Shown piece after piece: positions 24,920 to 32,000 of a DNA stretch of 32,000 bases (position 1 is its first letter; each line of letters starts with the position of its first letter). The position numbers were made by a program, and so were the translations under genes. The DNA is taken from positions 2,580,001-2,612,000 of the forward strand of contig OY969938.1 in NCBI GenBank assembly GCA_963704755.1. The letters run 5' to 3'. The notes beneath the pieces were generated by a model. It saw only the letters and a list, made by a program, of their open reading frames with translations. It had not been told where the DNA came from and made no database searches. The DNA is from an uncultured Chloroflexia bacterium (GTDB taxonomy: Bacteria > Chloroflexota > Anaerolineae > Anaerolineales > Anaerolineaceae).

Positions 24920-25879
24920 TCATTCGTTGAACATCTCTCCTACGCTGCGGCCTTCGTTGGCGCGGCGGATGACTTCACCCAGCAAGGGCGCAACGGAAAG
25001 AATTTTGATCCGGTCACCGAACTTGGCCAGTTTTTCGGCCGAGAGCGGCACCGTGTCGGTGGTCACAAATTGGGTTACCGGCAGCTCGGACAGGTGTTGC
25101 GCGGCATCCGCTGAAAAAATGCTGTGCACGTAGGATACATAGATATTGCGGGCACCGTTTTCTTTGATGATATTGACCGCCTGGGCGATCGACCCGCCGG
25201 TGTTAATCTCGTCGTCCACCAGTATCACGTCCCGGTCGCGCACATCCCCAATGATCGTCAGCGCTTCGGCCTTGGCGTTATTGGCCACCCGCCGTTTTTC
25301 GATGAAAGCCAGGGGCAGGTGCAGGGTGGCGGCGTAGTTGCGGGCTTTTTTGGCAAAGCCCAGGTCGGCGGTGACCACCACGGGGGAATATAACGTGGGC
25401 AAAATTTCCTTGAAGTAATCGGTCAGAATATAGAAGGCCGATAGGACATCGCCGGGGATGGAGAAAAAGCCCTGGATCTGGCCGGCGTGTAAATCCATGG
25501 TCATGTAGCGATCCGCACCGGCTACCTCGATCATGTCGGCCACCAGGCGGGCAGTAATCGGCACGCGCGGCTGGTCTTTCTTGTCCGAGCGGGCGTAGCA
25601 TAAATAAGGTGTCACCGCGGTGATACGTGCGGCCGAATCCAGGCGCAGCGTCTGGATCATGATCAATAATTCCATTAAATTGCGATGGACCGGTGGTGAG
25701 GTAGTTTGGACGACGTAGCAATCTTTTCCACGGACACTACCATGCAGTTTGATGAACAGGTCGTCATTCGGAAAAGTAATGACATCCCGCCCGCTCAGCT
25801 CTAGCTGCAGGTAATCAGCGATGGATTGGGCCAGCCCGGGGCAGGCGGTACCGGCAAAGAGTTTGACGTCCCCATACAT
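24920..25879 (-). CDS. prs: ribose-phosphate pyrophosphokinase
   Basis: It has KLFAGTACPGLAQSIADYL at the N-terminus and the PRPP-binding loop (VILVDDEINTGGSI). The start is uncertain. I chose ATG 25879 by analogy with other Prs N-termini, with 25915 and 25969 as alternatives. Confidence 0.85.
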   Translation of the reverse strand: MYGDVKLFAGTACPGLAQSIADYLQLELSGRDVITFPNDDLFIKLHGSVRGKDCYVVQTTSPPVHRNLMELLIMIQTLRLDSAARITAVTPYLCYARSDKKDQPRVPITARLVADMIEVAGADRYMTMDLHAGQIQGFFSIPGDVLSAFYILTDYFKEILPTLYSPVVVTADLGFAKKARNYAATLHLPLAFIEKRRVANNAKAEALTIIGDVRDRDVILVDDEINTGGSIAQAVNIIKENGARNIYVSYVHSIFSADAAQHLSELPVTQFVTTDTVPLSAEKLAKFGDRIKILSVAPLLGEVIRRANEGRSVGEMFNE

Positions 25880-25922
25880 CGTCTGCTCATGCCGGAAATG
25901 GATGGGTGTTGGCATCTGGTTT

Positions 25923-26498
25923 CTAATCCCTTTCCTTGATACGGTTATTCCACTCTTCTTGTAATACACTCATTAATAAAACATCCAGGTAATTTCCGTT
26001 ACGATACATAGCCTGGCGTAGACGGCCTTCGCGTACAAAGCCGGTCTTTTCGTAGGCGTGGATCCCCCGCTGGTTCTTTTCGAACACACGCAGGTAAATC
26101 CGGTTGAGATTTAAGGTCTCGAAGCCGTGCTTTAATAGTAACCGCAACGTCTTTTGACCGTACCCCTTTTGCCACAAACTTTTTACCCCAATGAACAACC
26201 CCAACTCGGCCGACCGGTTAATCCAGTCAATTCCTTCCAACCCGGTTACGCCAATCGGCTGCCAGCCTTCTCCTTGCGGAATTTCGATGACCAGCGGTCT
26301 CGCCTCGGGCTGCCTCTCCAGAATATGTTGGTACCATTGTTCTTCAGAAGCCAGCGAAAGCGGAATGACGGTGAACAGATTTTCGCTCACTTCCGGGTCG
26401 TTAAGCCAGGCCACGAACAGGGGCAGGTCTTCTTTTTCAATGGCTCGCAAGCGCATACCAGGGCCGAGGATCATTTTTTCTCCGGTTTGTTCGCTCAA
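25923..26498 (-). CDS. GNAT family N-acetyltransferase (RimJ/RimL-like)
   Basis: LRAIEKEDLPLFVAWLNDPEV...WQKGYGQKTLRLLLKHGFETLNLNRIYLRVFEKNQRGIHAYEKTGF matches the GNAT pattern. The track start is a TTG overlapping the aspS stop, and ATG 26474 is an alternative. Confidence 0.8.
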   Translation of the reverse strand: MSEQTGEKMILGPGMRLRAIEKEDLPLFVAWLNDPEVSENLFTVIPLSLASEEQWYQHILERQPEARPLVIEIPQGEGWQPIGVTGLEGIDWINRSAELGLFIGVKSLWQKGYGQKTLRLLLKHGFETLNLNRIYLRVFEKNQRGIHAYEKTGFVREGRLRQAMYRNGNYLDVLLMSVLQEEWNNRIKERD

Positions 26499-27814
26499 GG
26501 GTTCAAACGGTTCGGTCCGCGGAACAGGAAGACCGTTTCGCGGATGTTGGGCAGGTTGAGCATCACCATCAGCAGGCGCGACAGGCCCATGCCAAAGCCG
26601 CCGTGCGGCGGGCAGCCGTAGCGAAAAAAGTCGAGGTAGAACTGGATGGAGGCGGGGGTGAGCCCCTTTTCCAGAGCCTGTTTGAGCAGCACATCCTGGC
26701 GGTGCTCGCGCTGGGCGCCGGTGACAATTTCAGTGCCGCTGGCGATCAGGTCGAAGCTCATGGTCAGGCCAGGGTTATCGGCATAGCGCATGTGGTAGAA
26801 GGGTCGCACCGCGATGGGCCAATCGGTGAGATAGAAGAAATCGTGGTCGTAAGTCCGCTTGACCCAATCTCCCAGGATGCGCTCACCACCCGGGTCGATA
26901 TCGCCCTTCTTTTCCGGCGGCAGGGTATAGCCCTCGGCTTTCAATATTTCCAGGGCCTTCGCCATGGTGATGCGCGGGAATGGGACTGCCGGGGGCTGGA
27001 ATTCAACCCCAAACTGCGCCTGGATTTCCGCGCCGTATTGCTCTTTGACACGCTGATAGACGTACTGGAGCATATTTTCCAGGAAAACCATCACGTCTTC
27101 ATGCGAATCGATGTAGGAGATCTCCATATCGATGCCGGTAAATTCGGTCATATGGCGCGAAGTGAAAGATGGATCGGCGCGGAAGACCGGGCCGATCTCG
27201 AACACCCGCTCGAAGCCGGCGGCCATAGCCATTTGCTTGTAAAACTGGGGCGACTGGGCCAGGTAGGCCTTGGTCTCGAAGTATTTGACTTCGAACAGCT
27301 CGGCGCCGCTTTCGCTGGGCGCGCTCAACAGCTTGGGCGAATGGATTTCGATAAAATTGTGCTTCAGCCAATACTCACGAAAGGCCATTTCGGCCGCGGT
27401 TTGGACCTTGAACAGCAAGGTGACCTGCGGGCGGCGCATATCCAGGTAGCGCCAGTCCAGGCGGAAGTCGATGGCCGGCTGGGTTTCGGCAAAAGGATCC
27501 AGGGGGAGCGGGCTTTCGGCCTGGCTGAGGACATCCAGCGCTTCCAGTTGAATTTCCAGGCCACCCAGCTTGACGACCGGGTTATCGATCAGCATGCCCT
27601 GGATGGACACGACACTTTCGACGCCCAGGGCGGAGATTTTCTCTGCCAGGGCAGGGTCGTTGGCTTTCCAAAAAGCTGCCTGCACCAGGCCGGTCAGATC
27701 GCGGATAATCAGGAACTGCATTTTTTTCTGGTCGCGGAGCGTTTGCAGATAGCCCTGTACCTTGACTTGTTCTCCGATGTGGTCCCGCAGGGATCCAACC
27801 GATGTACGTTCCAT
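26495..27814 (-). CDS. aspS: aspartate--tRNA ligase, short archaeal/eukaryal-type (possibly non-discriminating)
   Basis: It is 439 aa long, with an OB anticodon-binding N-domain and class II motifs (FRAD...; GGFGMGLSRL). It lacks the bacterial insertion domain. Confidence 0.9.
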   Translation of the reverse strand: MERTSVGSLRDHIGEQVKVQGYLQTLRDQKKMQFLIIRDLTGLVQAAFWKANDPALAEKISALGVESVVSIQGMLIDNPVVKLGGLEIQLEALDVLSQAESPLPLDPFAETQPAIDFRLDWRYLDMRRPQVTLLFKVQTAAEMAFREYWLKHNFIEIHSPKLLSAPSESGAELFEVKYFETKAYLAQSPQFYKQMAMAAGFERVFEIGPVFRADPSFTSRHMTEFTGIDMEISYIDSHEDVMVFLENMLQYVYQRVKEQYGAEIQAQFGVEFQPPAVPFPRITMAKALEILKAEGYTLPPEKKGDIDPGGERILGDWVKRTYDHDFFYLTDWPIAVRPFYHMRYADNPGLTMSFDLIASGTEIVTGAQREHRQDVLLKQALEKGLTPASIQFYLDFFRYGCPPHGGFGMGLSRLLMVMLNLPNIRETVFLFRGPNRLNP

Positions 27815-27924
27815 AAAGCACTTGCTCCTTGCCTGGTTTTACTGCTCGACCAGTTTGGCCGCGATATTTCCTTATAACGCGGGATTTCCTCAGGCCTTTT
27901 CAGGAAGTTCCCGAATTTGGCTGA

Positions 27925-28953
27925 TCATTTACAGGTTGTGTTAATTTCAGACCGGGATTCTAACAGGGTTTCCATAGCCTGGCGTGGTGAAATTTCTCGC
28001 GCGGTTAACTGCTCCAGGGTGGCACGGTAAGTCTCGGCTGGTAAATCGGCCTGCCAGCGGCGGACCAGCGCATAATGGACCAACTGGTCTAACTCGGCTT
28101 GCAGCCGGGCCCGGTCTCGTTGAGCCCAGGCGCCGCTCTGGCGCAGGTAAACAGCGTGCTGCTGGATGGTTTCCGCCAGCTCGCCAATGCCTTTCGCTTC
28201 AGTTGCAACAGTTTTGAGGATGGGGGGAACCCAGGTTTGGGAAGGTTCGGGGGTTGTGCCTGTAACCGGGTTGGATCCGGCCGGGTGGCCCAGGTCGAGG
28301 GCCGCGCGTAAAACGCGTTCGGCGACTTCGGCTCCGGGGCGGTCGGCCTTGTTGATCACGATCACATCCGCGATCTCCAGGATGCCGGCCTTGATGGCCT
28401 GGATGTCGTCGCCCATTCCGGGGGCTTCAACCAGCAGGGTGGTGTGGGCCAGGCGGGCGATATCCACTTCGGCTTGCCCGGCGCCAACCGTCTCGATCAG
28501 GATCAGATCGAAGCCGGCCGCATCCAGGGCCTGCACGGCCGCGGCCGTGGCGCGGGCCAGGCCGCCCAGCGCGCCTCGCGAGGCCATCGAGCGGATAAAA
28601 ACACCCGTATCGCCGGACAGGTCGCGCATGCGTACGCGGTCGCCCAAAACAGCGCCACCGCTGAAAGGCGAGGAGGGGTCCACGGCGATAATGGCCACTT
28701 TGCCGGGCACGCCGCCATCGTGGAGCTGCGCTGAACGATATAAGAGGGCCAATTGGTTGACCAGCGAGGATTTGCCTGCCCCGGGTGAGCCGGTCACGCC
28801 GACCAGGTGGGCCTGCCCGGTGTGGACGAACAGGAGGTCCAGGGCGGCCAGGCCGGTTGGATCTTCGTTCTCGATCCGCGTCAGCAAGCGTGCCAGGGCC
28901 AGCCGGTTGCCGGCCAGCACCTCTGCGGCCAGGTTTTTCGCGTTCATTTCCAC
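27925..28953 (-). CDS. meaB: methylmalonyl-CoA mutase-associated G3E GTPase MeaB/ArgK
   Basis: It has the P-loop (GSPGAGKSSL) and the ETVGAGQ and NKAD motifs. The track start is a GTG, and ATG 28947 is an alternative. Confidence 0.85.
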   Translation of the reverse strand: MEMNAKNLAAEVLAGNRLALARLLTRIENEDPTGLAALDLLFVHTGQAHLVGVTGSPGAGKSSLVNQLALLYRSAQLHDGGVPGKVAIIAVDPSSPFSGGAVLGDRVRMRDLSGDTGVFIRSMASRGALGGLARATAAAVQALDAAGFDLILIETVGAGQAEVDIARLAHTTLLVEAPGMGDDIQAIKAGILEIADVIVINKADRPGAEVAERVLRAALDLGHPAGSNPVTGTTPEPSQTWVPPILKTVATEAKGIGELAETIQQHAVYLRQSGAWAQRDRARLQAELDQLVHYALVRRWQADLPAETYRATLEQLTAREISPRQAMETLLESRSEINTTCK

Positions 28954-28956
28954 AAC

Positions 28957-29367
28957 TTACTCGCCAGCCACCTGCAAAACAGCCTGCCTTAATTCATCGA
29001 CGATCTGGGTGGTTGCAGTGCCGGGGCCGTAAACTGCCCGGACGCCCATTTGCAGCAATTGGGTTCCGTCGGCCTGTGGAATGATTCCTCCGACAAAGAC
29101 ACACACGTTCTCCTGCCCGTTGGCGCGGATCAAATCCAGGATACGCGGCACCAGGGCCATGTGTGCGCCGGAGAGGATAGAAATTCCAACTGCATCCACG
29201 TCTTCTTGCAAGGCAGCTTCAGCGATCATCTCGGGAGTTTGGCGCAAGCCGGTGTAGATCACTTCCATACCGGCATCGCGTAACGCGCGCGCGACGACTT
29301 TTGCACCGCGGTCGTGCCCGTCCAGGCCCGGCTTGGCAATCAGAACGCGAATCCTTCGCTCCGTCAT
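28957..29367 (-). CDS. cobalamin-binding small subunit/domain of methylmalonyl-CoA mutase
   Basis: [34 protein letters not shown] contains the DxHxxG B12-binding motif. It is 136 aa long, and GGAGAACGGT precedes the ATG. Confidence 0.85.
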   Translation of the reverse strand: MTERRIRVLIAKPGLDGHDRGAKVVARALRDAGMEVIYTGLRQTPEMIAEAALQEDVDAVGISILSGAHMALVPRILDLIRANGQENVCVFVGGIIPQADGTQLLQMGVRAVYGPGTATTQIVDELRQAVLQVAGE

Positions 29368-29500
29368 ACCGTTCTCCAGTCCAATGGTTAAAGGTACTTC
29401 CTGAATTATACCGCGCTATGCCTGCGGGGGTTGGGGAGAAATGGGCCGGCCTGTACGGGATAGGAGTCAGTCCGGACCGATTTGGATCGTTTGGCCTGGG

Positions 29501-29550
29501 TTTACGATAAAAAAAGCCGGCACAAATGCCGGCTTTTTTTTTATCGTAAA
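29501..29550 (-). terminator. intrinsic (bidirectional-type) terminator after the ClC gene
   Basis: tttacgataaaaaaagccggca, loop caaa, tgccggctttttttttatcgtaaa. A GC clamp (GCCGGCA/TGCCGGC) is flanked by A- and T-runs, 33 nt from the ClC stop. Confidence 0.75.
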
Positions 29551-29582
29551 CCTTTTTTCGAGGAGGGCTGGAGAATTTTTTG

Positions 29583-31667
29583 CTAGACCAGGGCCTCGTG
29601 CATGCCATCCGAGCAGCCTGGCTCGCACAGGCAGGTGACCGTATCGCCGATCTGCAGGCGGGTGTCGCCGTGCGGGATGATCAAACGCCGGCCGCGGCGG
29701 ATGGAGACCAGCACCGCGCCGCGCGGCAGCGAAAGCTCGGCCACCGTCTTGCCGATCGCCCGAGCGCCCGGCGGGATAGGAATATCCAGGAAGGACGAAT
29801 CGGCTTCTTCCACTCGATCCTCGGTCTGCGACCGGCGTCGCGACTCCTCGCGGCGGACGACCCCAATCTCATAGGCGCGCACGATATCGGCCCGGCGGAT
29901 CACGCCGAGCAGTTTACTCTGGTCATTTCGCGCCACAACCACCAGGCGGGCAAGGTCACGCGGGACCATACGGCGCATGGCTAACCCCACCGATTCGTCC
30001 GGGTAGCTGACCACCAGTTCGCGAGTGTCGATATCACCGACCCGCATTGTAGCAGTGGAGCTTTTCTTTTCGATTACCGCCTTACGATAATCCTGTAAGG
30101 AAACCACGCCGTGCAAACTGCCATCCAGGCTAATCACCGGAAAACCATGCCGCCCGGTGCGGATGAATTCATCCGACAACGCGCTGATCGGCAAATTGAC
30201 CGGCACGGTATCCGGCTTGTGATCCATGACTTCCTCCACCCGGACCAATTCCATCACGTCCACGTCCTGGCCGTGATAGAGATGGATGCCCTGGCGGGTC
30301 AATTTGAGGGTGTAAATGGAGTCTTTGTGCAGCCGCTCGGCGATAATAAAGCTGATGATCACGCTGGCCATCAACGGCAGGATCATGCGATAGTCGTTGG
30401 TCATCTCCAGTACGATCAGAATGGCGGTAAAAGGCGCCCGCGCGGCAGCCGCAAAAACAGCAGCCATACCCACCACGGCAAATGCGCCGGCCCCTGCGGT
30501 CGCGCTGGGGAACAAGTGCTCCATCAGGATACCGAAGGCCCCGCCCAAGGCAGCCCCGGAAAACAGCGAGGGGGCAAACACACCGCCCGAGTTTCCGGAC
30601 CCCAGGGTAAAGGAAGTGGCTAACGGCTTGAGGAAGATGAGAAACACCAGCAACCAGAAGGAGAGGTTGCCCAGCAGCGCCGGTTGGATGGTGGTGAAAC
30701 CTGCTCCAAAAATGTGGGGGAGGTTACTGATAATCGGCAAGCCCGCCATGGCCTGGTCTGGAGGCACCAATCCCTGGCTGAGAATGATGGGATAAATAAA
30801 ACCGATCAAACCCAAACCCAGGCCGCCTACGGCGGGTTTAAGGGCATCCGGGAAATTCCAGTTATCGAAAATGTCCTCGAACTTGTACAGAATTTTAATG
30901 AAGCCAACACCTACCAGAGCGGCCAGCACACCCAGCAGGGCGTACAAAATCAATTCCCAGGGCGTCTTTACGGTGTAAAGGGGGATCGAAAACGCGGGAT
31001 GATCGCCCAGGAAGATACGCGAAACGGTAGCAGCCGTGACCGACGAGAGCACCACGCTGCCCAGGTCACCCAGGTGAAATTCACCCAGGATGACCTCGGT
31101 CGCAAAAATCGTCCCGGCGATCGGGGCATTGAAGGTCGCCGCAATCCCGGCCGCCGAACCGCAGGCCACCAGGTTTCGGATGCGGTTATCGGATAGTTTT
31201 AACCACTGCCCGATCGTTGACCCGAGGGCTGCACCGACCTGTACGATAGGGCCTTCACGCCCGGCCGAACCGCCACTGCCGATACAAAGGGCAGAAGCCA
31301 CAATCTTGGCAGCCGCAACCCTGGGGCGGATCCGTCCGCCTTCGAGCGCGATGGCCTTCATTACTTCTGGAACGCCATGCCCTTTGGCCTCTTTGGCAAA
31401 GTAAGTGATAATCGGCCCGGCCAGCAAACCGCCTACCACAGGTACGATCACCAGCATCACCCGGCCAAGCGCAGAAAATGTTTCTCCGCCGGTTTGGAAA
31501 AAGAAATGTTGAACGATATCAATTAAACGAATAAAGACGACCGCTCCCAAGCCTGTCAGCAGGCCCAGAATCAATGACATACCCAGCAGGATAGTATGCT
31601 GCGAAAATTGCAGCTTTTCCACCATCCATGCTATCCTTGCCTTTCTTGTTGAGACGCTTGCCTCCAT
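29583..31667 (-). CDS. ClC family chloride channel/antiporter with C-terminal CBS pair and TrkA-C (RCK_C) domain
   Basis: It has the ClC selectivity motifs GSGGSAGREGP and GNSGGVFAPS, two CBS-like modules, and a C-terminus typical of TrkA-C (GKTVAELSLPRGAVLVSIRRGRRLIIPHGDTRLQIGD). AAGGAAG provides an SD. Confidence 0.85.
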   Translation of the reverse strand: MEASVSTRKARIAWMVEKLQFSQHTILLGMSLILGLLTGLGAVVFIRLIDIVQHFFFQTGGETFSALGRVMLVIVPVVGGLLAGPIITYFAKEAKGHGVPEVMKAIALEGGRIRPRVAAAKIVASALCIGSGGSAGREGPIVQVGAALGSTIGQWLKLSDNRIRNLVACGSAAGIAATFNAPIAGTIFATEVILGEFHLGDLGSVVLSSVTAATVSRIFLGDHPAFSIPLYTVKTPWELILYALLGVLAALVGVGFIKILYKFEDIFDNWNFPDALKPAVGGLGLGLIGFIYPIILSQGLVPPDQAMAGLPIISNLPHIFGAGFTTIQPALLGNLSFWLLVFLIFLKPLATSFTLGSGNSGGVFAPSLFSGAALGGAFGILMEHLFPSATAGAGAFAVVGMAAVFAAAARAPFTAILIVLEMTNDYRMILPLMASVIISFIIAERLHKDSIYTLKLTRQGIHLYHGQDVDVMELVRVEEVMDHKPDTVPVNLPISALSDEFIRTGRHGFPVISLDGSLHGVVSLQDYRKAVIEKKSSTATMRVGDIDTRELVVSYPDESVGLAMRRMVPRDLARLVVVARNDQSKLLGVIRRADIVRAYEIGVVRREESRRRSQTEDRVEEADSSFLDIPIPPGARAIGKTVAELSLPRGAVLVSIRRGRRLIIPHGDTRLQIGDTVTCLCEPGCSDGMHEALV

Positions 31668-31924
31668 ATACTTCCTTTCAAAGCAAGATTGTAACAGAAC
31701 GGAAAAAGTAACTTCCCGGTTTCTTCAAGCTTGTTCTTAATGGTGTAAAAGAAGTCTGATAACTTCTTAGTTTTAAACCTGACCCATAAAATCTTGCCTG
31801 CGATAATATATAGATTCCCCGTCTCATATTCGCGGGCACGGATGCAAGAAAAAAATCTGTTACCATTAAAATCAGTCCTTACGTCCGCACCTGCTAACAT
31901 GAGTCCGGTAGGATTCCGGTTCAA
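31631..31924 (-). CDS. doubtful ORF in an AT-rich tract
   Basis: The ORF starts with TTG (internal ATG at 31900), has no SD and overlaps the ClC start and promoter region. I recognise no family. It is listed only because nothing else explains this tract. Confidence 0.15.
   Translation of the reverse strand: MNRNPTGLMLAGADVRTDFNGNRFFSCIRAREYETGNLYIIAGKILWVRFKTKKLSDFFYTIKNKLEETGKLLFPFCYNLALKGSIWRQASQQERQG
31688..31696 (-). promoter_or_regulatory. candidate extended -10 promoter element for the ClC gene
   Basis: The minus strand has TGTTACAAT (TGn plus TACAAT) about 21 nt upstream of the ATG. There is no convincing -35. Confidence 0.3.
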
Positions 31925-32000
31925 GGTGACTTGCAGACTGTTAAAATATTATAAGACTGTTTGTACACAGTTTAATGCCTGATTTTAGGTTAATTTCGTC

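Noticed and set aside
27815-27924. T-box leader upstream of aspS.
   Set aside because: The spacer is only 110 nt. It has no T-box consensus (AGGGTGGTACCGCG-like) and no terminator/antiterminator pair.
29368-29500. Cobalamin riboswitch upstream of the B12-binding subunit and meaB.
   Set aside because: No B12-box-like sequence or extended conserved core is visible. The region holds only a TATAAT-like hexamer (29405-29410, minus strand) with no credible -35.
31668-31760. Fluoride (crcB-motif) riboswitch upstream of the ClC gene.
   Set aside because: I could not find the conserved GGNGAUGG...GAUGAUGCCUAC-type elements. The channel also carries CBS and TrkA-C domains, which are not typical of the ClC-F subclass.

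Overview
This window is a GC-rich bacterial chromosomal segment with short AT-rich intergenic spacers, and about 27 genes are supported. The gene content (split methylmalonyl-CoA mutase small subunit plus MeaB, short archaeal-type AspRS, H+-PPase) and the repeats suggest a Chloroflexota-like organism, but that is inference only. Most genes are housekeeping or transport: SERCA-like P-type ATPase, glgC, mgtE, a ketopantoate-reductase-like gene, K+-independent H+-pyrophosphatase, a TetR plus ABC-2 exporter operon, a VOC protein, pepF, mutM, prs, a GNAT, aspS, meaB, a B12-binding mutase subunit and a ClC channel with CBS and TrkA-C domains. I found no rRNA, tRNA, CRISPR array, transposase, integrase or recognisable defence operon. 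The unusual content is mainly non-coding. (1) At least ten very long (21-33 bp), almost all perfect, hairpin palindromes occupy most of the longer intergenic spacers. They fall into sequence-related sub-families and sit inside mosaic repeat modules. One related pair brackets the whole TetR-ABC cassette. (2) A good M-box (Mg2+) riboswitch has its own sigma70-like promoter and intrinsic terminator, but lies about 370 nt upstream of mgtE. The spacer is unexplained and contains a 55-codon ORF preceded by a strong Shine-Dalgarno (SD) ribosome-binding site. (3) An orphan CcrM-like (GANTC-type, beta-class) adenine methyltransferase lies co-directional with fpg and an uncharacterised membrane protein, with no restriction partner. 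(4) A degenerate 8-nt tandem array carries three clustered GANTC sites between the panE-like stop and the M-box promoter. (5) A perfect 35-bp palindromic operator abuts the predicted tetR -10 box. I cannot name a complete novel protein system from sequence alone. The hairpin and mosaic repeat network, including the hairpin-bracketed cassette, is my best candidate for undescribed biology.
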